A stretch of 62,678 nucleotides of DNA, the filler included. It is 6 parts of 6 records of this genome, joined end to end, with 100 filler letters (N's around TTAATTAATTAA, not from the genome) between each part and the next. Parts side by side here need not be neighbours in the genome. Positions count along the whole stretch, not along the records: positions 1 to 19,241 come from DRR378314_764; 5 more parts are not named here. The stretch is one strand, 5' to 3'. The translations under genes and the position numbers were made by a program. Positions 8,891 to 17,572 of the stretch are shown piece after piece. The notes under the pieces were generated by a model, which did no database searches, was not told where the DNA came from, and saw only the letters and a list, made by a program, of their open reading frames with translations. Each line of letters opens with the position of its first letter. Within the stretch, counting starts at the first letter, position 1.

Positions 8891-9936
8891 CAATTCAACA
8901 GGTCACCAAACAGTTTGGCGACCATCGCGCGGTCAATGACCTCTCGCTAGAGATTACGCCAGGGGAATTTGTGGCACTGCTGGGCCCCAGCGGCTGCGGT
9001 AAAACCACCATGCTACGTATGTTGGCGGGGTTCGAAAATGTCACTGGCGGCGAAATACACCTGAACGATACACTGCTAGCCAGCCGCCATCACCATGTAC
9101 CACCAGAACAGCGCAACATGGCAATGGTATTTCAGTCATACGCGCTCTGGCCGCATATGAACGTGGCCGACAACGTCGGTTACCCACTCAAACTGCGCCG
9201 CATTCAGGGCAGTGAGTATCAACGCCGAGTTGCTCATGCACTGGCTCAGGTAGCCTTGGAACCCTATGCACAGCGTTCGCCACAGGAGCTTAGCGGTGGT
9301 CAGCGCCAACGGGTCGCGCTAGCCCGCTGTCTAGTGACCGACCCTGCGGTTGTACTGCTGGATGAACCGCTGGCCAATCTAGACCGTAATCTGCGTGCCT
9401 CCATGGAACACAGCTTTGTGGATTTCCACCGCCGTACCCGCGCGACGATGGTGTACGTCACTCACGATCAAAGCGAAGCCATGGCGATGGCCGACCGCAT
9501 TGCCGTAATGCGCGACGGTGAGCTAGTACAGTGGGCAACGCCCGAAGCGCTTTATCGCCAACCGCGCAGCGAATGGGTGGCCAGCTTTATCGGCCAAGGT
9601 AGCCAGTTGGCCATTGCCAACGGCGCGCCAGGGCAGCGGCTAACGGAAAGTGCCCTGATGCAAGGGCTGGCTGCAGCACACAACTCCCGCGCCCAAGCTG
9701 CACGTCAACCCGTCCTGGTTCGCCCCGAACATATTCGCGTAGACGCTCAGGCTCCCAATGAACATGACCTTACCGGGCGCGTCGAGCGGTTAACATTTCG
9801 TGGTGAACGCTACGAGTTGCACCTGCGTCTGCCCAGCGGCGAAGCCTTGCTGGCTTACCATCACTGCGCGCTTGAAGAAGGTCAGCAAGTCGCTTTGCGG
9901 CTACTAGAAGGCTGGTGCCTGGAGCCTGACCAATGA
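8878..9936 (+). CDS. ABC transporter ATP-binding protein with C-terminal TOBE-like region
   Basis: Walker A GPSGCGKT, signature LSGGQRQR, Walker B LLDEP, VTHD. Confidence 0.95.
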   Translation: MAGLAIQQVTKQFGDHRAVNDLSLEITPGEFVALLGPSGCGKTTMLRMLAGFENVTGGEIHLNDTLLASRHHHVPPEQRNMAMVFQSYALWPHMNVADNVGYPLKLRRIQGSEYQRRVAHALAQVALEPYAQRSPQELSGGQRQRVALARCLVTDPAVVLLDEPLANLDRNLRASMEHSFVDFHRRTRATMVYVTHDQSEAMAMADRIAVMRDGELVQWATPEALYRQPRSEWVASFIGQGSQLAIANGAPGQRLTESALMQGLAAAHNSRAQAARQPVLVRPEHIRVDAQAPNEHDLTGRVERLTFRGERYELHLRLPSGEALLAYHHCALEEGQQVALRLLEGWCLEPDQ

Positions 9937-11015
9937 GCGCCCGTATTCATCTATTAAGCGGGCTGGGTGATAAAGGCCCTGCCGCTATCGTGGTCGAAAC
10001 CAACGGCAAGCGGCTGCTGCTGGACGCAGGGGGTGCGCTGCACCCTGGGGAGCCTATCACCTGGGCAGATGGCTTGGACGTAGACGCTATTCTGATTAGC
10101 CACGACCATATTGACCATATCGGTGGCGTTGCCGAACTGCCCGATACTATCCCGCTCTACTGCACGCCCTTAGTCGCCAACACATTGCCTAAACACCGCG
10201 CTTGGCAGCCTTTGCCAGCACGCGGAAGCCTTATGGTCGAAGGTATCAAGGTGACCACCGGCCAAGCAGGACACTCGCTGGGTGGCGTTTGGCTGCACCT
10301 GGACGTAGATGGCGGCATTTTCTACAGCGGCGATGCCTGTTTTGAATCCCGCTTGTTTCCTTTCGATACACCGCCACCTGCACGCACGGCGCTGCTGGAC
10401 GCTTCCTATGGCACCTACGATCAACCCCAGGAAAGCTGCGTGCAGGCTATTCGTCTGCAGCTTGACCAGCCGTTAGTATTACCGGTGCCTGAAACAGGGC
10501 GCGCCCTGGAAATGGCCCTGTGGCTGTCGGAAGAGGCCGACCGTCGTCAGCTCCCTTTCGCCATTGACCCGATTATTCGCGATAACCTCGCCGCACTGCT
10601 AGCACTGCCAAGCGACTTACGCCGCCCAGGTCTCGACAGTGCGATTAGCACACTGCTAGAACGGCAGAATGCTTCGCAGCCAGCGCTGCAGTTGGTCAGT
10701 GACCGCAATGATACGCCCGACCAATGGCCCAATTACCAGCTACTGCACACCGGTTACCTAACACCTGAACGCCAAGTTCAACTCGCCGCAGGCGAGACAA
10801 GCTGGCAACGCTGGAATGTGCATCTGCGCGCCTCCCACCTAGTAGCGCTTGCCGATCAGCTTGCTGCCGCTCAGGTAGTGCCGCTATTTACCCCGCTGAC
10901 TGGCAACTGTTTAAGCGAATGGCGTCAACGTCTGGGACAGCGGCTACGCATCCATCACACCATAGAGCTTCAACCGCATACGGCCACGCGCCCTACCGCC
11001 CATTTAACCGTTTAG
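9933..11015 (+). CDS. MBL-fold metallo-hydrolase, beta-CASP-like
   Basis: LLLDAG, SHDHIDH, AGH, YSGD, DASYG, P..GRALE, HTGY, WNVH; no signal peptide; ATGA overlap with the ATPase gene. Confidence 0.85.
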   Translation: MSARIHLLSGLGDKGPAAIVVETNGKRLLLDAGGALHPGEPITWADGLDVDAILISHDHIDHIGGVAELPDTIPLYCTPLVANTLPKHRAWQPLPARGSLMVEGIKVTTGQAGHSLGGVWLHLDVDGGIFYSGDACFESRLFPFDTPPPARTALLDASYGTYDQPQESCVQAIRLQLDQPLVLPVPETGRALEMALWLSEEADRRQLPFAIDPIIRDNLAALLALPSDLRRPGLDSAISTLLERQNASQPALQLVSDRNDTPDQWPNYQLLHTGYLTPERQVQLAAGETSWQRWNVHLRASHLVALADQLAAAQVVPLFTPLTGNCLSEWRQRLGQRLRIHHTIELQPHTATRPTAHLTV

Positions 11016-11025
11016 GAAATTAATA

Positions 11026-11472
11026 ATGTCCGCAGTGATTGTTGATGTTGACGGCACGCTTGCCGAATTCCACCCCACCGACGTACACGAGTGGGTTCTT
11101 GGCCCCGCCAAGCAGTGGGATCCTTTTTTTGCCCATATGGCTGAAGCGCCGGTGATCGACGCGGTGGCCAAACTGGTTAAGATCCTGAAGGCCCAAGGCC
11201 AGCAGATCGTGATTTGCAGCGGCCGTCCGGATAGCCACCGTGAGCATACCCAGCGCTGGTTAGAGCGCCACACCATTCCCTTTGATGCGATGTACCTGCG
11301 CCCGCAAGGCGATGACCATGTAGATGATGAAGAGGTGAAAGCCGCGCTACTCAATCAAATGCGTAGCGACGGCTTTGCGCCTTGGCTGGTGCTGGATGAC
11401 CGTGACGCGGTCGTCGCTCAATGGCGCGCACTCGGACTTACTTGCCTGCAGTGCGCACCGGGAGATTTTTAA
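11026..11472 (+). CDS. HAD phosphatase resembling the 3'-phosphatase domain of polynucleotide kinase/phosphatase
   Basis: DVDGT, SGR, K, DDRDAVVAQWRALGLTCLQCAPGDF. Confidence 0.85.
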   Translation: MSAVIVDVDGTLAEFHPTDVHEWVLGPAKQWDPFFAHMAEAPVIDAVAKLVKILKAQGQQIVICSGRPDSHREHTQRWLERHTIPFDAMYLRPQGDDHVDDEEVKAALLNQMRSDGFAPWLVLDDRDAVVAQWRALGLTCLQCAPGDF

Positions 11473-12632
11473 GCGCTTGCTAGGCTGATTCGGTGCTGCC
11501 ACACCAGCACCACCAAGGGCACCAGCGCGACGGGGATTAATAGTAGGTTAAGCATCGCCCAGCCCAAGCCGCTAACCAAAGGCCCAGCGAACAAGGCGGT
11601 CACCGCCGCGGTGCCAAACACTAGAAACTCGTTGGCGGCCTGGGTGCGCGCTTTATCCACCGGGCGGTAGCTCTCAGTGAGCAGTCCGGTGGCGGGTAGG
11701 AAGGTAAAGTTCCAGCCCAAGCCCAACAAAATCAGCGCTACGTTGAAACCGACTAAACCGATTCCCCACTGAGCAACCAAAGCACTGGCTACCAGCAGCA
11801 GGCAACCTGCCACAATGACTTGTTTGGCGCCGAAGCGGGTGGCCAAATGGCCAGTAAAGAAGGAAGGCAAGAACATCGCTACCACGTGCCACTGAATGGT
11901 CATTGAAACGTGGTTAAAGTGGTGGCCAGCTCCCTCCATGGCGAGCGGTGTGGCGGTCATCGCCAGATTCATCACACCGTAGCCGACCATCGCCGCGCTC
12001 ACCGCGACAATAAATCCGGGCTGGCGAAGTATCTTCCCTAGCGGCAGTGCGCTGCCTTCGCAGTGGGTGCGAGAAGCGGGCGGTAACCGTGTCAGCATCA
12101 ATACCGCTAATGCCAACGCATAGAGCACAGCTAAACCCACGAAACTGCCCAGAAACGGCACCTCGCCCAGCTCACGGCTTACTCTGGCCAGCCACGGTCC
12201 TGCAAACGCCGCCAGCACACCACCGCCCATCACCAGACCAATCGCCCGGTCACGCATCAATGCCGGGGCGGCCTCTACTGCGGCAAAGCGATACAGTTGA
12301 CCAAAGCCAATGCCGATACCAATCAGCCAGGTGGCCAGTAAGAACAGTCCAAAGTGCTCATCCATCAGCGCCTGGACGGCAACCAGTGCGCCTACGAATC
12401 CCACTATATTGCCCAGTATAAAGCCACGCTTTCGACCCAGCCTGGCCATGATTAGCGAGGCAGGAATAGTCGCACACATCAGCCCCAGCCACTGGGTAGC
12501 GACAGGCGCTGTCGACCATGACGCGCTAGGGGCCAAGGACGCCCCTATCAGCGGTGATACGGCGATCAACAAGACATTGCCAGTAACCAGCAGCGCCTGG
12601 CAGAGCGATAATAGAGTGACGGTTAAAGGCAT
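11469..12632 (-). CDS. MFS transporter
   Basis: About 12 hydrophobic segments, RLGRKRGF loop, YRFAAVE, IQWHVVAMFLPSFFTG. Confidence 0.9.
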   Translation of the reverse strand: MPLTVTLLSLCQALLVTGNVLLIAVSPLIGASLAPSASWSTAPVATQWLGLMCATIPASLIMARLGRKRGFILGNIVGFVGALVAVQALMDEHFGLFLLATWLIGIGIGFGQLYRFAAVEAAPALMRDRAIGLVMGGGVLAAFAGPWLARVSRELGEVPFLGSFVGLAVLYALALAVLMLTRLPPASRTHCEGSALPLGKILRQPGFIVAVSAAMVGYGVMNLAMTATPLAMEGAGHHFNHVSMTIQWHVVAMFLPSFFTGHLATRFGAKQVIVAGCLLLVASALVAQWGIGLVGFNVALILLGLGWNFTFLPATGLLTESYRPVDKARTQAANEFLVFGTAAVTALFAGPLVSGLGWAMLNLLLIPVALVPLVVLVWQHRISLASA

Positions 12633-13627
12633 GAGAGGTTCTCCTGTGTGGCGCCAGCATGGGAAGAGGCAAAGCGTTGACGATAGACCGAGGGCGATAC
12701 GCCGTAGTAGCGCTGAAACTGGCGGCGCAACTGCTCTGCGCCGCCCAGCCGCCAGCGTTGCGCTAGGCGCTCAAGGGAGAGCTGCTCGCGCTCGTTGAGC
12801 AGCGCCAGGCGCGCTTGCTCAAGGCGTAGTTGGGTCAGGTAAGTACCCGGCGTAGTATTCAGATAACGCCTGAACAGCCGGGTTAAATGACGCGGGGAGA
12901 CCGCCATTAGGTCGGCCATACTCTCAAGCCCGTGATCTACGCTGGGGTCGGCATGGAGTTGATCCAGCAGGCGGCGCAGCGGCCCCGCCTCTTGCTGGTG
13001 GCGCAGTATCTCGCTGAACTGTGACTGCCCGCCTGGGCGCTGCAAAAACACCACTAACTCGCGCGCCACTCGTCCGGCTAGGTCAGCACCGTGGTCCGCC
13101 TCTACCAGCGACAGCGCCAAATCAATTCCTGCCGTTACACCGGCGCTGGTGTAGCGGCCGTTGCTTTCGATATACAGTGCATCAGGCTCAACGCTTAGCG
13201 CGGGATACTCTTCGGCCAATTGAACTGCATGGCGCCAGTGGGTGGTGACGCGGCAGCCATCCAGCAGCCCTGCAGCGGCTAGTAAAAATGCCCCAGAGCA
13301 GATAGATCCAAACCGTCTCACCTCAGGGGCGACCTCACACAGCACCTGTTTCACAGCGGCTATGTCACGCTGCTGCATCACGCCACTGCCGCCCGCCACC
13401 AACAGCGTATCCAGGGGCAGTAAATGCTTAAGCTGGTGGTAGCTGTGCGTCGCATGCACGGCTAAGCCGCTGTTGGTGGCTACTGGGCCAACGGCATCGG
13501 AGACCAGCGTCAACTGATAGAGCGGTTGAGGGCTTAACGCATTGGCGCTGGCAAACACCTGCCAAGGGCCACTGACATCCAACAGTTGGCAGTCAGGGTA
13601 AGCAAATAGGACAACATGGCGAGTCAC
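12623..13627 (-). CDS. GlxA-family regulator (DJ-1/amidase-like domain + AraC HTH)
   Basis: SICSGAFLLAAAGLLDG, TTHW, TSAGVTAGIDLAL, RPGGQSQFS, C-terminal AraC HTH. Confidence 0.93.
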   Translation of the reverse strand: MTRHVVLFAYPDCQLLDVSGPWQVFASANALSPQPLYQLTLVSDAVGPVATNSGLAVHATHSYHQLKHLLPLDTLLVAGGSGVMQQRDIAAVKQVLCEVAPEVRRFGSICSGAFLLAAAGLLDGCRVTTHWRHAVQLAEEYPALSVEPDALYIESNGRYTSAGVTAGIDLALSLVEADHGADLAGRVARELVVFLQRPGGQSQFSEILRHQQEAGPLRRLLDQLHADPSVDHGLESMADLMAVSPRHLTRLFRRYLNTTPGTYLTQLRLEQARLALLNEREQLSLERLAQRWRLGGAEQLRRQFQRYYGVSPSVYRQRFASSHAGATQENLSCL

Positions 13628-13745
13628 AGTCTCTCTCCGCTAACGGGATATAGAAGCATGAGAGAGTGTCAGCGCTACGCCCGATGTCGGCAAGGACCAT
13701 TACCCCACCGATTCGGACATCTTTATCAAAAACGATATATTAGGC

Positions 13746-14435
13746 TCAGCCCGTTCTCTCTATCTCTAATGGAGACTCCATCCTGCGTACGCTGGAAACG
13801 AAATCGCTAAAGCGCTCGCCCTGAATCAATACATGGTCGCTCAGTGCTTGCTGAGCAGCCACTGAGTCGCCCCGCTCAATAGCCTCGACGATGGCTTGAT
13901 GCTCGCTGAGAGAGCTATTTACCCGTTGACGCACCTGCAGCTGTAGCCGCCGGTAAGGCTTTAAGCGCTGCTTCAATTGACGCGCTTCGCTGGCCAAAAA
14001 GGCGTTGTGGCTAGCGGTGTAGATACAGTCATGAAACCCTTCGTTTTCGTAGTAATACTCGTCGCTGTCACCAGCCAGCGCTGCTGCTTCGCAGCGCTGA
14101 TGGGCTTCGCGTAACGCGGCCAGTTCGGCTTCGGTAATCCTCCGTGCCGCCAAGCGGCCGCACATACCCTCTAACTCCGCCATCACCTCGAACATCTCGA
14201 TCAGTTGATCAATTCCCACTTTCGCAACGAAGGTGCCCTTCTTCGGCGAAACGGTGACCAAGCCGCTGGCGACCAGCTGCTGAAAGGCTTCGCGCACCGG
14301 GGTACGCGAGACCTGAAACTCTCGCCCTAAGGCTTCTGGATCCAGGCGCTCTCCCGGTAAACGACGGCCATTGATGATGTCATCTTCAAGAGAATCTCTT
14401 AATCGCTGAGCGTTAGAAAGCTTAGTGCCCGTCAT
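13746..14435 (-). CDS. GntR/FadR-family regulator, probable malonate regulator
   Basis: VSRTPVREA HTH plus FCD domain; divergent from the malonate genes. Confidence 0.9.
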   Translation of the reverse strand: MTGTKLSNAQRLRDSLEDDIINGRRLPGERLDPEALGREFQVSRTPVREAFQQLVASGLVTVSPKKGTFVAKVGIDQLIEMFEVMAELEGMCGRLAARRITEAELAALREAHQRCEAAALAGDSDEYYYENEGFHDCIYTASHNAFLASEARQLKQRLKPYRRLQLQVRQRVNSSLSEHQAIVEAIERGDSVAAQQALSDHVLIQGERFSDFVSSVRRMESPLEIERTG

Positions 14436-14515
14436 GTTTCACCTCCTTGGATCACGACTCATGTTAGCCATTTTAATGCTGTCATATAGTTGACATTAGC
14501 ATACGTAGCGCCTAT

Positions 14516-14550
14516 TGATATATATATCAGGTCAACTGATAGATATATAT
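14516..14550. promoter_or_regulatory. Palindromic putative GntR operator with a second imperfect copy
   Basis: Perfect palindrome TGATATATATATCA at 14516-14529; related TGATAGATATATAT at 14537-14550. Confidence 0.55.
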
Positions 14551-14591
14551 AGCCAATCCAAACACACAACAACAACTGTTGGAGACGCCAC

Positions 14592-15590
14592 ATGCAACGC
14601 TATTTGATCTCAACTGCTGCCGCCCTTGGTCTCGCCATTGCGGCTTCTTCCCATGCCTCTGCCGATACCGTGCTACGCGCGTCGCACCAATTCCCCGGAG
14701 GGCAAGGGGATGTTCGCGACGAAATGGTGCAAATGATGGCCCGCCATGTCGCCGAGGCAGATGTTGGCCTGACGATAGAGGTCTACCCGGGTCAATCGCT
14801 GTTTAAAGCGCGTGAACAGTGGAGCGCTATCGCTCGTGGTCGCCTCGATATCACCTCGCTGCCGCTGGATTATGCCAGCGGACGGCACCCGGAGTTCTCT
14901 GCCACGCTGATGCCTGGCTTAGTGCGCAACCAAGCACACGCTCAGCGTTTGAATGACTCCGAATACATGGAGATGATCAAAGCGGTGATTCTAGAGGGCG
15001 GCGCTCGAGTACTCTCGGATGCGTGGCTATCGGGCGGTTTTGCCTCTAGCGAACAGTGCGTTACCTCCCCGGATACCGTCGAGGGCCAAAATTTCCGTGC
15101 TGCCGGACCTGCGTTTGAACAAATGCTTGAGGCCGCTGGTGCCTCCATTGCCTCCATGCCCTCTTCTGAGGTGTATACCGCCATGCAAACCGGTGTGTTG
15201 GATGCCGCCAACACCTCGTCGATGTCGTTTATCTCTTTCCGGCTTTATGAACAGGTTGAATGCTTGACCGAACCGGGTGACTTCGCGCTCTGGTACATGT
15301 ACGAGCCGATTCTTATTTCCGAGCAGGTATGGCAAGGGCTTAATGAAGAGCAGCAAGCGGCGCTGATGGAAGCCGGAGAAGCCGCAGAGGCCTTCTTCGC
15401 TGAAGAGGCCGCCGCCATTGATCAGGAGATGGTCGACCTTTACGAGGAGAATGGCGTCGAGGTGGTCAGTATGAGCGAAGAGGACTACAACGCCTGGCTC
15501 GATATCGCCAAGGAAACTTCCTACAAAAACTTTGCCGACAATGTGCCCAATGGCCAAGCCATTATCGATGCAGCGCTGGCCGTCGAATAA
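14592..15590 (+). CDS. dctP: TRAP transporter substrate-binding protein DctP (malonate, MatP-like)
   Basis: Signal peptide, LRASHQFPG, MPSSEVYTAMQTGVLDA; upstream of matA/matB. Confidence 0.9.
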   Translation: MQRYLISTAAALGLAIAASSHASADTVLRASHQFPGGQGDVRDEMVQMMARHVAEADVGLTIEVYPGQSLFKAREQWSAIARGRLDITSLPLDYASGRHPEFSATLMPGLVRNQAHAQRLNDSEYMEMIKAVILEGGARVLSDAWLSGGFASSEQCVTSPDTVEGQNFRAAGPAFEQMLEAAGASIASMPSSEVYTAMQTGVLDAANTSSMSFISFRLYEQVECLTEPGDFALWYMYEPILISEQVWQGLNEEQQAALMEAGEAAEAFFAEEAAAIDQEMVDLYEENGVEVVSMSEEDYNAWLDIAKETSYKNFADNVPNGQAIIDAALAVE

Positions 15591-15614
15591 GCAACCCACG
15601 AACGCCTAATGGCT

Positions 15615-15640
15615 CGGCTGCCCTTCGGGGTGGCCGTTTT
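15615..15640 (+). terminator. Intergenic stem-loop after dctP (terminator or mRNA stabiliser)
   Basis: CGGCTGCCC-TTCG-GGGTGGCCG followed by TTTT. Confidence 0.6.
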
Positions 15641-15690
15641 CAACGGATGCTTGCTTAGCTTGGCGACATAACCAGCTTGACGAGGGAAAT

Positions 15691-16212
15691 ATGGCACCTG
15701 CAACGACTCACAATGCCCTTGCTCGCGGGGGCATCATTGGCGGCTACATTCGCGTCATGGATAAGCTCTCGCGGCTTTCCGCTTATTTAGCCTGCGCCAT
15801 GTTTATCGCTGGCGTATTAGTGATTTGCCAGATGGTATTTATTCGCTACTTACTCGGAATGAGCACCAGTTGGCAGACCGAATTCACCATTTTCTCAGTA
15901 ACGGCGGCGATGCTGATGGGCAGCCCTTATGTACTGATGACCGGCGGCCACGTCGCGATCACGATTGTGCCCGATGCGCTGGGCGGTATTACCCGCACCA
16001 TCATGCGTTTGATCGCTTCCCTGTTTGGATTAGGTTTCTGTGCCGCCCTGGCGTATGCCAGCTGGGTGTATGTTTTTGAGGCACTCCACGGCGGGTGGAC
16101 GACGGGCTCCGTCTGGAATCCACCGCTGTGGCCCGCCCTGTTGCCCATGGCCATCGGCGCCACCCTGCTGTCGTTGCAGTATGTGGCTGAAATTCTGCGT
16201 GGGGAGAGTTAA
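15691..16212 (+). CDS. dctQ: TRAP small permease DctQ
   Basis: Four TM segments, RY...WQTE, GGHVAI. Confidence 0.9.
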   Translation: MAPATTHNALARGGIIGGYIRVMDKLSRLSAYLACAMFIAGVLVICQMVFIRYLLGMSTSWQTEFTIFSVTAAMLMGSPYVLMTGGHVAITIVPDALGGITRTIMRLIASLFGLGFCAALAYASWVYVFEALHGGWTTGSVWNPPLWPALLPMAIGATLLSLQYVAEILRGES

Positions 16213-16214
16213 GC

Positions 16215-17561
16215 ATGGATCCCATTACCTTAGGCATTATTGTCGCCATCGCACTGATTGGGCTAATGGCCATTGGCACCCCTATCGCTTTCGCCCTCGG
16301 CGGTGTATCGCTGCTAGCGCTGCTCTACGACCGCGGCCTTGCCGAGCTCACCTACTTCGGTGAAACCTTTTTTGACCGCATCGCCGAGTTTGGTTTTGTC
16401 GCCATTCCAATGTTTATTCTGATGGGCGCAGCGGTAGCCTCCTCCCCTACCGGGCGCGATCTGTATCGCTCGCTGGATCTATGGATGGGCAAGCTGCCCG
16501 GCGGCTTGGCGGTTTCCAATATCGGCGCCTGTTCAATCTTTGCTGCGCTCTCGGGATCATCACCGGCCACCTGCGCAGCGATTGGTAAAATGGGCATTCC
16601 CGAAATGCGCATGCGTGGCTACCCGGATGGCGTCGCGGCGGGCTGTATTGCCGCAGGCGGCACCCTGGGCATTCTGATTCCGCCGTCGGTCACCATGATT
16701 ATCTACGGTATCTCCACCGAAACCTCGATTGGTCGACTATTTATTGCCGGGGTGGTGCCAGGCTTTATGCTCGCGGGCCTGTTTATGATCTGGACGATGA
16801 TCGCCTGCAAGCTGGCCGGTGGCTATAACAATTCCATGAACAATCCCATGGCGGAGTCCGTCGAACGGCTAAAGCAGAACGTTAAGCAGAATGTTGATAC
16901 CAACCTGAAAGCGCTCGTGCGTGTTCTGCCTTTCCTGGGCGTGGTCGCGGGCATCCTATTTGCCTTGTATGGCGGGGTGGCAACACCTTCAGAGGCGGCG
17001 GGCGTGGGTGCGTTTCTGTGTTTGGCGCTGGCGATTCTGATCTACCGCATGTGGCAGTTGGGCCCAATCAAGCTGATTATGCGCGACTCACTGCGCGAAA
17101 GCGTGATGATTATGCTGGTGATCGCCACCGCCGAAGTGTTCGCCTACGCACTCTCTTCCATGTTTATCACCCAAACCGTCGCCGCTGCGATTGCTGATCT
17201 GGAGATCAACCGCTGGGCGCTAATGGGGGTGATTAACCTCTTCCTGCTAGTGGCCGGTTTCTTCCTGCCGCCTGTGGCCGTGATCGTCATGACCGCGCCG
17301 ATTCTGTTACCCATCATCCTGGCGGCTAATTTCGACCCCTACTGGTTTGCGGTGATTTTGACCATCAACCTGGAGATCGGCCTGATCACACCGCCAGTGG
17401 GTCTCAACCTGTTCATTATTAAAGGTATCGCGCCGGATATTTCGCTGCGCGACATTCTGATGGGAAGCTTGCCCTACGCGCTATGTATGGTGCTGGGTAT
17501 CTTGCTGCTGTGCCTCTTCCCGGGCATCGCGCTTTGGCTACCTAACTTGATCATGGGTTAA
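16215..17561 (+). CDS. dctM: TRAP large permease DctM
   Basis: AIPMFILMG, GGTLGILIPPS, TPSEAA, GLITPPVGLNLF. Confidence 0.95.
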   Translation: MDPITLGIIVAIALIGLMAIGTPIAFALGGVSLLALLYDRGLAELTYFGETFFDRIAEFGFVAIPMFILMGAAVASSPTGRDLYRSLDLWMGKLPGGLAVSNIGACSIFAALSGSSPATCAAIGKMGIPEMRMRGYPDGVAAGCIAAGGTLGILIPPSVTMIIYGISTETSIGRLFIAGVVPGFMLAGLFMIWTMIACKLAGGYNNSMNNPMAESVERLKQNVKQNVDTNLKALVRVLPFLGVVAGILFALYGGVATPSEAAGVGAFLCLALAILIYRMWQLGPIKLIMRDSLRESVMIMLVIATAEVFAYALSSMFITQTVAAAIADLEINRWALMGVINLFLLVAGFFLPPVAVIVMTAPILLPIILAANFDPYWFAVILTINLEIGLITPPVGLNLFIIKGIAPDISLRDILMGSLPYALCMVLGILLLCLFPGIALWLPNLIMG

Positions 17562-17572
17562 GGAGTTCGACC

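Noticed and set aside
15027-15599. 190-aa minus-strand ORF
   Set aside because: Antisense shadow of dctP.
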